A stretch of DNA of 64,000 nt, from the NCBI GenBank assembly GCA_964016885.1, contig OZ024748.1, positions 48,980,001 to 49,044,000 on the forward strand, written 5' to 3'. Below, piece by piece: positions 14,077 through 27,588 of the stretch; within the stretch, counting starts at the first letter, position 1, and each line of letters starts with the position of its first letter. The notes beneath the pieces were generated by a model, which saw only the letters and a list, made by a program, of their open reading frames with translations, was not told the DNA's origin and searched no databases. Origin of the DNA: Eledone cirrhosa (lineage: Eukaryota). The translations under genes and the position numbers were made by a program.

Positions 14077-14402
14077 GGAGGCACATGGCTTAATGGTTAG
14101 AGTATTGGCTTTGCAATCGAAAGGTTGTGAGTTTAATTCTCAGACCGGGTGATGTGTTGTTTCCTTGAGCAAGACACTTTATTTCACATTGCTCCAGTTT
14201 ACTCAGCTGTAGAAATGAGATGATAGGGACTGGGGTCCATATCATTCCACTGCAAAGTGGTCGTGGAGGTGCCACGGCAAAAAAGCACCCAGCACTCACT
14301 GTAAATGAGGTTGGTGTTAGGAAGGGCATCCAGCTGTAGAAATCAAGCCAGAATGAGTTCCTGTCCCACCCTTGCAAGCAGGGAAAAAGCGGACGTAAAA
14401 TG
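14077..14402 (+). mobile_element. tRNA-derived SINE family B with RTE-related tail
   Basis: tRNA-like head, ccttgagcaagacac central motif, and ggtgttaggaagggcatccagc...ggacgtaaaatga tail shared with the RTE at 38670-41255. Confidence 0.8.
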
Positions 14403-14534
14403 AAAGAGAGAGTCTGTGATGCTGAAACTGAAGAGACCACAAATCATGGGAGTATTCAATGCATGGGGAATGCAGAGTGGCTTGCTGAACACACAAACCG
14501 AAACTGCTTGGCAACTGCAGCCAGGATGATACCC

Positions 14535-14587
<53 letters not shown>

Positions 14588-14589
<2 letters not shown>

Positions 14590-15100
14590 CAAGGGGGGAG
14601 AATGCTCCAAGGCCATAGTTTCTAGAATAAGGACAGGATGGAAGAAGTTTAGGAAGCTGCTTCCTCTGTTCACAACGAAGGGTTTTGCCCTACAAAAGAA
14701 AGGCCAGTTATATGATGCCTGTGTGAGATGCGTGATGCTGCACAGTAGTGAGACATGGGCAGCAACTGCGGAAGATATGCGAAGGCTGGAGAGAAATGAA
14801 TCAAGCATGCTCCGATGGATGTGCAATGTCAATGTGCATGAATGACCAAGCATGGACCAGTTGAGAGTGAAACTGTATATAAGAGAAATAAACTGTAGTG
14901 TGCAGGAGAGAAGACTGCGTTGGTATGGACATGTGATGCGCATGAAATATGATTGCTGGGTGAAGAAGTGCTAAGAAATCGCAGTGGAAGGAAGACACAG
15001 TAGAGGAAGGTCAAGAAAAACATGGGTGGAGGTGGTGAGAGCTGACCTGAGATCGCTGAAGCGGACCCATCCCATCTTGGTAAAATGATGATGATGATGA
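14588..15100 (+). mobile_element. 5'-truncated RTE LINE
   Basis: RIRTGWKKFRKLLP...KGQLYDACVRCVMLHSSETW...MLRWMC, then a (GAT)n tail. Confidence 0.85.
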
Positions 15101-15124
15101 TATGTATGTATATATATATATAGT

Positions 15125-15900
15125 TATAATAATAACTTGATGGGACTAGCATAAGTTTCCCTGCTAGGACTGGTTGCATCTCTGCGTACTCAATAGGTAA
15201 GGTTATGTAAAAATCTCAGAGTAGATACAAAGTTAGTTGCCTCAATACAACACCACGTAAATGGGTACCATAAATCTGTACTCGATTTTCGGCCACACTT
15301 CATGCAGCAAGAGAGTGCACATCATCCACTGTCTGCATTTATTATGCAATAATGCACAATCGGCGCATGTGACTTCATTAGCGGATCTTGCCTTATCAAT
15401 AACCAATCGATCGACAGAATTCAATTCCAGTCCGTACTGCCTATGGCAGTAAATGCGACAGGTGACCACAGTAGTACATTAGTAATTGGAATCCCCATGC
15501 ATCATCAAAATGCCGTCAACTGATTGGCCACTGGTTCAGAAATTTATGTGATGGTAGAAGTCGAAATTCTATTCTTCGTCCCCTACGTAAGGACTCACCA
15601 ACATATGACAAGTCAAACACAAATTAACAAGTGAGTGAAAAAAATCGGTTATTAGAGAAAGTCTACCTCGAATCACTGTACAATAGAATGGTAGCATTCG
15701 ACTCTAGTTTCCAAGTACCATGGCGAATACAGTGTGATAGTAAACAATGGTAGGGCCTAAAACCTTTCCGGACATTAAATGCCAGCAGGCAATTAGACAG
15801 CGATATAGAATTAGTGCGCTGGTTAGAATTCAAATTCGGGATATTTTGACCAATCATATGTGTAAGACTGATCAATTTCACAGCTTGTAAGAGTCAATAG
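15125..15900. mobile_element. Unclassified interspersed repeat
   Basis: First ~190 bp are homologous to 30978-31170 (gcgtactcaatagg, tcaatacaacac, ttcggccacactt). Right boundary is approximate. Confidence 0.5.
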
Positions 15901-16908
15901 GTGAGTGAGAGAGAAAGATAGAACATATATATATTTATTTTATTTTTACTAGTCTAGAGCCACTTTTAGACATTCCACAGCATAAGCATATATTTATTTC
16001 TCTTAGTGTTTACAATTTTACTTGTTGGCCAATGTATTGTGGCCATACTGGAGCACTGTCTTCAAGGGTTTTTTGGGTGAGTATATCAATCCCAGTATTT
16101 TGCTGGTGTTTATTTTATTGAAATTTATTAGTTTTTCCTGGAAATTTTTTTTTCTCAATAATGAATAAGACACACCATATTTTTATTTTCACTGAATTTA
16201 TTTTATTTTATTATATTTCAGTTGTAATATTTATTTTTCTAATATCAATTACAGCTGCTGTTTCAGTCAAGTTGTTCTTCTTTGGGGTGAACACTAATTA
16301 AGGGTCCATTGAATTTACATTAGATGTATTCTTTTACTGGTTTCAGTCATCAGATTGCAGTCATGCTAGGTCACAGCATTGAACAGATTTTAGTCAATCA
16401 TATAAAATTATTAAAGATTGAAGGGCAAAAAAAGTGAAATTTATTAGAGATACGTGTGAAAAAAATATAACTGATACACATAATTGTTAATATTTTGGTT
16501 TGTATTTATATTTGATTCTCAACTCTCAATAGTAGTAGCAGTCATTAGAACATCAGATAGAATGCCTTGTTGTATTCATTCCAGCTTTCTGCTCTCTGAG
16601 TTCAAATCCCGCCGAGGTCAACTTTGCCTTTCATCCTTTCGAGGTTGATAAAAAAAGTACCAGTCTAGTACTGGGGTTGATTCTTCCTCTATATCTCTTT
16701 CTCACTTCTGTTTTCTCTCAATATCTCTCTCTTTCTCTGGAAGAAATCTGTTCTGTTCAGACCTGGAGAGGAGGTGGGCTCTGTCAGGTTAAAATGGCGT
16801 CCCTAAGACTCCATCAGCAGTTATATATATATACATACACGCTTCTAAATATTTTATTTTATTTTTCTTCTCCATCTTTCTCTCATACAATCTATCTGTT
16901 TATTTCAG

Positions 16909-17053
16909 AGGGAGGAAAATGAACTCTCATTTAGAAGCTGCTATTCAGGAAGCAATGATGGAATTGGATCATCAAAATGTTTCCGAAACTGATGGGAAAA
17001 ACTTTCCAGTTAATAATAAAGGAAGGTCCGTGAAAAAACGGAAAACTCGGTGA
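16909..17053 (+). CDS. MBD5: MBD5-like protein, last coding exon
   Basis: tttcag| acceptor. Phase matches the previous exon (aa+a=K). Encodes GRKMNSHLEAAIQEAMMELDHQNVSETDGKNFPVNNKGRSVKKRKTR*, similar to MBD5 GKLNNHLEAAIHEAMSELD with a basic tail. Confidence 0.9.
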
Positions 17054-18055
17054 TGTTGAATTGCAAATTACAGCACTACTGTGATAAAAACAAAAAAAAT
17101 GCTTATCAGAAGCAGGAGCTACTATATCTCTGGTGGCTATTTTCATTGTTTTGTTTTTCATCTTATTCTTTTTTTTTTTTGTAAATGTGAGTAAGGCTCC
17201 CTCACACTATATACTATATATATATAATAATAAGACTTGGTTATAACCGAAATATATACAGGGGGAAGAGATATGGTGTGCAAAGCCATTTGAAAAAAAA
17301 ATTTTAAAAAGTACTTTTATGGTAAAAAAAAAAGAAGGAAAATAACTGTGAACAATGGTGTAAGCATTGTTGTTTGACAGGCCACGTGTTTACAACAAAA
17401 CACACAAAAACAAAAATAACATAATTGAAAAAAAAAGTAAAGATCTGTTGTTATTATAGAGATGAACTCAGTTCTATGTACTGGATCATAACTACTTGCT
17501 TGTTACTTTTTTCTCTGTTTGTTTGTATTTTCTGTTTTAGTTTTCTTTTTTTTTTTTTGGTCTGCCACCCCACTCCCAACCACCACCACCACCACCAAAA
17601 AAATATCATTATTGCTCTATATCATTCTCCCAGTTTGTTTGTTTTTTCTGAAAAACTCCCCTCCCCCCCCATCTTTACTTCCATTCATTGGGCTCCTTTT
17701 TACCATTTCCAGAAAAAAATCTGTGAGCACCCCTTCCCCCATTCCACATCTCTATACTTTCTCTATTAGAAAGAAAAAATCTCTTATCCACTACCTTCCT
17801 TTAAACACTTCCTCTCCTTCTTTCCTTCCTTCCTTCTTTCTTTCTCTGCCCCACTCCCACTTACCCTTTACAGAAACTTTGTTGCTGGGGGTGGTTATTA
17901 CTAGTTCTCTAGAGAGGCTGTGATTTTCCTCAAATCTACCTCTTGAAACATATTAGATAAAAACTATTCTTATTACATGAAGCAAAAATATTTCGAAAAG
18001 ACAAATTTCCTTAATAGTAAATATATATATACATATATTATAAATATATATATAC

Positions 18056-18129
<74 letters not shown>

Positions 18130-18832
18130 ATAAATGAAACAAAACAAGCAAAATTACACAGTTATATGTGTATATATATATGTATGAACATATATATATA
18201 CACACATACACACAATATTGAAAGTTATCCAAGGGGGGAATAATTCATTCATAGCTATCATAATCAGTTAAACTTTATTGGCTGTGGACAAGGGAGGCAA
18301 TCGGTGGAATACTTAACATGGTAGCTGGTGAAAAACAAAAATATAAGGCATTTTCCTCCCTTTTTAGCCACGATACAATTTTTATTTGAAATCTTGTTGA
18401 AATTTATTTTATTTTATTTTTATTTAACTTATATTACTTTCATGTCTATAAAAATTATGATATTCTTTATAATGATATATATGACCATAAAATTATTATA
18501 ATATATAATGTTGTGTATAATTATTATAGTAATAATATATGAATGATTTTCTCATAAAATCATACTTTTCTTTTATTACGAGAGAAACTATATATAAATA
18601 TATATATGTACATATATACATATATATATACATACATACACGCACACACACACACACACACACAGAAAGGTACAGATATATATATATATATTGTAAATAA
18701 TGCCCAACAGCTGAGCTCACACTGATTCAGGTACTATTTACAATATTCTACTTTCCCAAGTATTGAGTATTTAGCTGAACATGGTCTTACTAGTTTAAAC
18801 TGGTAACTTCCAATCTATCTCTCTCTCTCTCT

Positions 18833-18875
<43 letters not shown>

Positions 18876-19391
18876 TACACACATATAATCAAGTACACTC
18901 AAACAAACATATATATAATATAACTTAAGATTTTTTAATGATAAACTTCAACTTAAATGATACAATTATATACAAGAAGCAAATTATCACAGAATATGAT
19001 GGTACTTTTGGCAAGAATTGAACCTTTTACCTGCTCTATACCAGATACACACTCATATTAACTATTTACATTTTCTTGCACATTAAGAAAATAATTATTC
19101 TATTTTTCCATTCCACACAAAATTAATTTTTTTTTTTACTCTTTAAATTTCATACAAAAAATATAAGTTTCCCATTTAACTAGATTTTTATGTCTTAATT
19201 CTTTAATTTTTTTAACACTTACAAATTACATATCAAATACAGTATATTTAAAATTTAAATTTTAAATTAATAATTTCTTCACTGCGTCATATATCCGGAC
19301 TATATATATATTATATATTTTAAAAAGTTAATTTTCAAAAAGAAAAGAGTAACGAAAAAGAGAAAGGAAAGAAAATAAGGATTTTCTTTTA

Positions 19392-19410
19392 AATAAAACT
19401 GCAAAATAAA
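19392..19410 (+). promoter_or_regulatory. Candidate poly(A) signals of the MBD5-like 3' UTR
   Basis: Two AATAAA hexamers at the end of about 2.3 kb of largely TE-free AT-rich sequence after the stop codon; interspersed repeats resume just after. Confidence 0.35.
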
Positions 19411-19898
19411 TTTGCTCTTTTCATGGTAAAAAAGAAAAAAAAATATGTCTTGTAGAATTGGTAACTTAACTGATTACTTCCTCTACATTTCACTATAACA
19501 CATGTGAAGGCAGACACTACCAAAACATTGAATTTCATCATCATCACCATTTAGCATCTATTTTCCATCCTTGCATGGGTTAGATGGGTTGTCATGTTAT
19601 GAGACAGGTCAAGGAACTGTGTCTTGCTCATACAAAACTATTTCTGGTCTTCTATGACTGAATGCCCTTCCTAAGGCCAACCACATTTACAGCATGGACT
19701 GGGAGCTTTTTATTGTGGCACTGAAATGACCATCTGGCAGGGTGAACTGCATATTTTTTTGTCATGTCACCAGCACAACCATTTTATAGGATGAACTTGG
19801 TGCTTTTGTTGTGTGTGTGTGTGTGAGTATATATATATATAATTCATTTTTTAATTTGTTTTGCGAGATTTCTTATCTGAAAACGTGTGTTGAAACAG

Positions 19899-20246
19899 AT
19901 ATTGTTATACTTTGGGAGGGTCATGCTGCCAATAAAAACACATGCACCGTTGGTTTTCACTTCAATTTATTATAAGTTTCCAGTTGGTTGGTTGGTTCAA
20001 TACTTGGAAGTTTGTTTATATATTGTCAAAGCTCTTTCGTCACACATTCTGTGACAAAGGAGAGACACAAAATAAAAACCTAGTCACTGAGGAGGTCAGA
20101 GAAAGTGAGACGAAAGGGCTTTGACAATATATAAACAACCTTCCGGTTATCCAACCAACTAACCGGAAATATAATAAATTGAAGTGAAAACCAACAGGTG
20201 CATGTGTTTTTATTGGCAGCATGACCCTCCCAAAGTATAACAATAT
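19899..20246. mobile_element. Fold-back element, putative Penelope-like remnant
   Basis: Imperfect inverted arms 19899-20055 and 20095-20246, abutting (TA)n, with a hammerhead motif at the inner junction. Confidence 0.6.
20083..20125 (+). ncRNA. Degenerate minimal type I hammerhead ribozyme motif
   Basis: Stem I GTCA/TGAC; CTGAGGA plus one extra G; stem II GTC...GAC; GAAA; short stem III; CTT triplet. Confidence 0.45.
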
Positions 20247-21065
20247 ATATATATATATATATATGGTGTTAGAAAGGAAAGCACTGCCACCTTATGGGAT
20301 GAACTGGGTGCTTATTCTATAAAATCATTTTAGATTTTTACCTGAGTAATGATGATGACAATGTTGGCAGTGAAAACTATAGCACTATGGAGAAATAAGA
20401 AATAATAGTAATTCCTGTTATAATAGGACCACTAGGTAGAGTGTCTGAAAATATCACCAAATGGCTTTCTAAGATCCCTTAACAATAAACCTTGCAAAAC
20501 TACAGATAGCTTATTTACCTTGGTAGAGAGTTAGGAGGTGAATATCTGAAGATATGGGTTGTGTGGTAGCTCGATGTTCAGAGTGAACATAACTGACAGA
20601 ATCACCAACACTGTAATAAAATAATAATTGTTTCTACTATTGGCACAGTACCAGCAATTATCCTAGTACGTTACTGGTACTTTTATTTTATCGGACCCCC
20701 CCCCCCCCCCCCCCGCCGTAAGGATGAAAGGCAAAAGTTAACCTCGGCAGAATTTGAACTCAGGCCGTAAAGAGACGTAACTCTATGCTGTAAAGCATGG
20801 CGTCCGATCCTCTACCTCTGCTGCCAATCCACCGCCATTAAATAATAATAATAATAATAATGATTTCTAGTAATAGGCACAAGGCCAGTAATTTGGAGGG
20901 AGGGGAAAGTCGATTAAATCGACTCCCCAGTGCATTACTGGTACTTTATTTTATAGACCTCGTAAGGATGAAAGGCAAAGCTAACCACAATGGGATTTCA
21001 GTTCAGAAGGTATGCCTTGAAACATGGTGTCTGACACGCTACCAATATTGCCAATCCACTGCCCG

Positions 21066-21525
21066 TGGGGATTTTAGGATACAGACCGACAAGAAACTGG
21101 AACACAATAGACCTGACCTGGTGGTTTTGGACAAGGGAAAAAGATTGTGCCTGATTGTGGATGTGGCCTGCCCATTTGACACGAGAGTGCAAGAGAAGGA
21201 GAGGGAGAAAATTAACCGATACCAGGACTTAAAGTGGGAGTTAAAAAGGATTTGGAACTGCCATGAGGTCAAAGTGGTCCCGATTGTCATAGGCGCACTA
21301 GGTACTATCTCAAAAAGTTTCCAGGGATGGTTAAAGAAGATTGGTCCAGCCCCGCTTTTTGGAACACTTCAAAAGGCATGCTTGCTGGGAACAGCAAGAA
21401 CCCTCCGATACGTCCTGAATATCTGAGGCTGCAGGTAGTGGCTTGATATTCATTTCAACAAACTTTCCAGTTAACTAACATCAATGACTGAGACTCAAAG
21501 AACAATAATAATAATAATAATAATA
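21066..21525 (+). mobile_element. 5'-truncated Dong/R4-clade retrotransposon with intact restriction-like endonuclease frame
   Basis: DFRIQTDKKLEHNRPDLVV...IVDVACPFD...EKINRYQDL...VVPIVIGALG...LQKACLLGTARTLR*, short UTR and (AAT)n tail. The ORF N-terminus (20860-21065) is an antisense SINE. Confidence 0.88.
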
Positions 21526-23161
21526 AGCACATAATCAAGGTGCACAGAGCTGTGCTTGGTAATGCAGTGACAAAGTACAATATAAATAAGACTATGGCAA
21601 AATCAGTAGAGCATCGGACATGCTTTGCAGCATAGAGTTACGTCCCTTTGCGTTCTGAATTCAAATCCCACCGGGGTTAATTTTGCCTTTCATCTTTACT
21701 GGGTCAATAAAATAAAGTACCAGTAATGCACTGGGATAATTGCTGGCCTTGGGCCAAAAGTAGAAACAATTATTATCATTCTTGTTGTTGTTATTATTAT
21801 TATCAAAAGTACTTTTAAATGTACATAATACCATTTACCATTATTTTATTGTCATACTAACACTTTAGCGCCAAACAACTACTTAGAAACAAAATTATAA
21901 TTTTCTTATGTTTTGACAGATATTTTCTAGAACAATACAAGGCACACAATTCACACAAATCCCTGCCACTGAACTTATAACTTGTTCTCCCCTGAGGTTT
22001 CTGGGTGTCACTTGGATTTAGCTCCTAAAAACACAGTACCAAACTCAAATATAATAATAATAATAATAATAATAATTCAAATAAATAGATGATGCGTTAG
22101 AAATAACCTGAATGTGGATGATGAAAATGGAAGCAATCCCTGTAATATTATGTGCTCAAAGAATGATTAAAAAACACAGACAGACAGACAGACACCAAAC
22201 CAAAAGCCAAGGACTTACAAAAATGTATACAACATAAAGGAAATAGTACTACTAAGTATTACAGGTATATTACATTTTATGTAGAGTACTTTCTATGCAT
22301 TAGAAACAAAACACCCCAAAATATATATAACCCTGCATGTAGCCAAGTGTCGCAGAGCTATGCTCGGCGGAGCAAGGACATCACACAATGAAAATAAAAC
22401 TGATGATGATGAAAATAATGATAATAATTATTTCTGCATTTGGTAGAAGGCCAGTAATTTGGAGGGAAGGAGAAGTTGATTATATAGACCCTAATATTTA
22501 ACTGGTACTTTATTTTATCAACCACAAAAGAAACAAATGGTCAATAAAATAAAGTACCAGAAAGTAATGATAAAAAATGGGTATCAATAAAGAATATATT
22601 TTTTTATTCTTCTTTCTCGACCTATTTATAATAAATATTTCATGGTTTTAAAAAAAGGAGGGGGGACGGGGGGAGGGGCAGTGAAAAAAGAACAATATTT
22701 AATTGATCAGACAATTCCTTAGAACCTTGATATTTAGTATTTCATCTTTACACATGGTCTCTATGTAAGCATGGCTTAGTGGTTAGAGTCTTCAACTCTT
22801 GATCATGAAGTCTTGAATTCGATTCCTGGTGGTACATGGTGTCCCACCAGGAGCAAAACCACTTCATTTCATGTTGCTCCAGTAAACTCAGCAGGCAAAA
22901 AATAAGTTATATGTACTTGTAATTCAAAGGGCTAGACATGTCACACACTGTCATGGCGAATCTCCCTGGGATTATGTTGAGGGTATATGTGTCTGTGGAA
23001 AGCTGAGCCACATGCACATTAATTTCATGTGCAGGCTGTTCCATTGGTTGAACAACTGGAACAGTTGTTGCAATTAACAGCAGTCCAATGAATGTACATA
23101 TTGCAAGAAGGTTTCTAAATATAAGTTGATCATATATATTTATGGAGTGTGTGTGTGTATG

Positions 23162-23219
<58 letters not shown>

Positions 23220-23266
23220 TCTTTACATATATAGCTAATATACAGCATTGTGAGATATGTAATAAA

Positions 23267-23466
23267 TGACTGATAAGTTTCAGATGCAGTAGAAATATAT
23301 AAAGGGCAAAGGAGGACAAAACAAAACAGTTTCACATTTGAAAAGAGGGTATTAGCCCTGAAATATCATGTTGAAATATACTGGGTAAAACATTACATTG
23401 TTTTGTCATCCTTTGCCCTTTATATATTTTTACCGTATTATACCGGCTTTTTGAAACTATCAGTTA
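23267..23466. repeat. Degenerate fold-back element
   Basis: aaatatataaagggcaaaggaggacaaaacaa is inverted as ttgttttgtcatcctttgccctttatatattt, with outer ctgataagtttc/gaaactatcag. Confidence 0.6.
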
Positions 23467-24426
23467 TATATATATTATAAGCATGTATATCATGCAATAT
23501 GGATGGCACTCTTAAATTATTAATTTCTAAAACAATTCCTATTTTCCACACCAACCAATGTACAACATTTTGTACATTTATTCTTGGTGATGCATCTCTA
23601 CTCCTCTCATCACCTCTTTGGCAAACATGGTGACTGTTAAGCTTTGCTAATGAGTTCACAATAATAGCAAAACAGGCCAGAAGTTGTCTCACATACTTTC
23701 AGAAAGGAAAAATATCAAAATTTATAAAAATATCTAGTCATTAATTAATATTTATTTTTCTCCTCACTGTATAATTATTTCTAGTCTAATTAGTCTTTTT
23801 TAATGCTCTTAATTAAGCATTAATTAAGCTAACACTAATGTAATGTATATATTATGCAATATTTTGAATTATTTAATCCTTTCTCAGTACCAATATCACA
23901 GCAGTGTACTCTTTTTGTGCCCAAGCTTAGGGTTTAAGTGGAATATTAATTTGTGGCCTTAAAGGAAAGGATGAAATAATTTAAGTATTATTGTGGTGGA
24001 ACTGGTGAATGTTAAATTAGTGTTGTTCTTTTTTTTTTTTACTTTTTGTATTTTTGTTTTTAATTGTTTATCAAATCAGTTGCCTAATATTCACATTTTA
24101 AGGAATAACGCATTACCCCGCATTTTAAGGGACAAACAATCCATTACCCCACATTCTCTCGGCTTAAAATTGCTTTTTGTTTTGATAGTGTTGCTTTTTA
24201 TTATTTTTTATTTTTTTGTTTACTGCTTATTTATTTATTTATTTATTTTGTCCTTTTGACTCTCTGTAATATGGAAATCTAGAATTATTGTAGTTAATTT
24301 CATAGTAATTGATAAGTAAATACCTTTAAGTAGAAGAAGTCGTCAAACAGTTAAGTTTTCTTACCAACATACCAGTAATTAATGTAGGTTCAGTTATATA
24401 TATATATATGAATGTATATATATATT

Positions 24427-24458
<32 letters not shown>

Positions 24459-24522
24459 TGTATGTATGTATGTATGTATGTATGTATGTATGTATGTGTG
24501 TATATATGTATTTATATAGATG

Positions 24523-24553
<31 letters not shown>

Positions 24554-24703
24554 ATAGTGAAAGAGTGAAGAATAACATGGTCAACAGTACAAAAAGGGTT
24601 TTATTTACAGTATTAACACTTGTTTCATTGATTAGGGTGTCTAAAAATTGGTAATCACTTGAAGTTGTGTCACTCAATTTTAAATACATGCATGCCTAAT
24701 CGA

Positions 24704-24750
<47 letters not shown>

Positions 24751-25104
24751 TAGATGCATATATGTTTATATAGATGCATATGTTTATATAGATGCGCATA
24801 TGTTTATATAGATGCATATATGTTTATATAGATGTATGTATATATATATATATATAGATAGATGCATATATGTTTATATAGTTGTGTATATATATGTATA
24901 TTTATATATGTATATAATAAATGTAATCTGAGTTTTTCGAATATTAATAATAATATTCGATTTGTTTGCAATTATGCAAACAGCCTCTTTTATAAGCCAT
25001 GTCAGAGGAATGAGTCCCTCATTCTCGCTGTTGTGTTGGCATGCAAACAGAACTGCAGCCACTAATGTTTAGGGACCTAGAAACTTAAAACTTTATTATT
25101 TTCA

Positions 25105-26093
25105 TAGTTGATCCACCACTGTAGAAGGAATCAGTAAGTTAGACATACTTGATCCACCACTGTAGAAGAAATCAGTAAGTTAGACATACTTGATCCACCA
25201 CTGTATGAGTTGTCAGTAAGTTAGACATAGTTGATTCATTATTGAAGGAAGAATCAGTAAAATATAGTTGATCCACAGAATCAGTAAGTTAGACATATTT
25301 ATCCACTGAGTCAGTAAGTTAGACATAGCTGATCCACTGAGTCAGTAAGTTAGACATATTTATCCACTGAGTCAGTAAGTTAGACATAGTTGTTCCACTG
25401 AGTCAGTAAGTTAGACATAGTTGATCCACTGAGTCAGTAAGTTAGACATATTTATCCACTGAGTCAGTAAGTTAGACATAGTTGATCCACTGAGTCAGTA
25501 AGTTAGACATAGTTGATCCACTGAGTCAGTAAGTTAGACATATTTATCCACTGAGTCAGTAAGTTAGACATAGTTGATCCACTGAGTCAGTAAGTTAGAC
25601 ATATTTATCCACTGAGTCAGTAAGTTAGACATATTTATCCACTGAGTCAGTAAGTTAGACATAGTTGTTCCACTGAGTCAGTAAGTTAGACATACTTCTT
25701 CCACTGAATCAGTAAGTTAGACATATTTATCCACTGAGTCAGTAAGTTAGACATATTTATCCACTGAGTCAGTAAGTTAGACATAGTTGTTCCACTGAGT
25801 CAGTTAGTTAGACATACTTCTTCCACTGAATCAGTAAGTTAGACATAGTTGATCCACTGAGTCAGTAAGTTAGACATAGTTGATCCACTGAGTCAGTAAG
25901 TTAGACATAGTTGTTCCACTGAGTCAGTAAGTTAGACATAGTTGTTCCACTGAGTCAGTAAGTTAGACATAGTTGATCCACTGAGTCAGTAAGTTAGACA
26001 TAGTTGATCCACTGAGTCAGTTAGTTAGACATAGTTGTTCCACTGAGTCAGTTAGTTAGACATAGTTGATCCACTGAGTCCAGTAATTTAGAC
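25105..26093. repeat. 31-bp minisatellite with longer ~41-bp units at the left edge
   Basis: Unit gagtcagtaagttagacatagttgatccact. Confidence 0.95.
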
Positions 26094-26805
26094 AATAATG
26101 GTGTGTAGTATAGTATAAGTTATTACTAAACCATTGCTAAAGTTTTTGTTGTTGTTTTGATTTTCTTCGTTTTTTTTTGTTGTTTTATTTTTTATTTTCT
26201 ACCCCCAAATCTACCCCAGTGTGCCTTAGTGAGGAAATTATATAATGACCAGTTTTTATTTCACACACTTACACTAGCGTAACCTCTCTCCCTCACACAA
26301 AAAAAGATAAATACATTTTTAAAATCCTTAAATTTCATGAAATAAAGAAAAAAAAAGGAGAAAATAAAAATAAATTCTTCTTCTTTAATACACATACAAT
26401 TAAAATACATACAAACTATTTATTTATAAATAAATAAATTGGGTGCAAATGGAATTTACCAGCTGCCTTCAATGAAATTTCAAGTTGGGAACAGTAAACC
26501 CCCCTCCCTGCCTCCCTATAATAATGGATTACATATTTCAAAAACAACTAAAATGTCCATATGCCAATAATAATAATTTTGATTTTTTTTCTTCTTTTTT
26601 TTTCTAGACTTTTCTCTGAACTTCTCTCTCTCTCTATATATATATATATATCATCCATCAGCTTTGGAAATAATAATAATAATAATAATTCATGTATTTT
26701 GAAGAAGAAATAGAAGAAAGAAAAAGATTTCAAATAAAGAAATGAAATAAAATGTTGCAAAATTACTTCTAAAAATGTTGGCAAGTTTCACAGTGATACT
26801 TCATG

Positions 26806-26837
<32 letters not shown>

Positions 26838-26887
26838 TGGTTAACATTCTGTGCTGGTACATATTACATATTATTTAATCTGATTAA

Positions 26888-27136
26888 CCCTTTAGTCACC
26901 ATATTTCTAATGAAAGACACTGCCTGTGATTTTCAAATAATTTTGAAAATAATAAAGTACTTGGAGGGATTTAGTAACATGACTAACTGTTTCATTATTA
27001 AGCTGTTGTCTGAAAACATAACTTAACAAAAGAATTTTTAAATAGAATTATGTTGGAAGGTGTTTTTCAGATAAATAATAAACAATTTTATATCATAGAA
27101 TCAAGGCTGATTTCAGGTAGTTTGGTATCAAAAGGG
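26888..27136. mobile_element. piggyBac-type MITE, second family
   Basis: TTAA|CCCTTT...AAAGGG|TTAA; related copies at about 28555-28905 and 44320-44530. Confidence 0.7.
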
Positions 27137-27557
27137 TTAAGCATTTGTTGCTGCCAAATCTGCCTTGGCTGGCATTTCTCCACATTCTCCTTGTTTTCTA
27201 TTACATTATATTGTATTATATATTATATATTATATTATCTCATGCATTGTGGTTTTATATTTGAGGACAGAAACAGTTATTTTTTTCTTTTATGTTTTGT
27301 TGTTCACTGGAAGTCAACAGCATTGGTTTACACCTCACTTAATAACTACACATGTTTGTATATACACATACTCACACACATACATATATCATTATTATAA
27401 GATAGGTATGCCTTATTGCCGACATCGAAATGGTTCAAGTTTGACCATAGAGCTGTCTCTCCTATAGTAATAACTACACTCTACTGTCTTAAAGTATGGA
27501 GTACTATCTTAGTAGTCTAAATTAAAAACTTTTTATATACATATATACATATATACC

Positions 27558-27586
<29 letters not shown>

Positions 27587-27588
<2 letters not shown>

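Noticed and set aside
14265-14345. HDV-like ribozyme in the RTE-related SINE tail
   Set aside because: Only a simple ggtgc/gcacc hairpin; the nested double pseudoknot could not be fitted.
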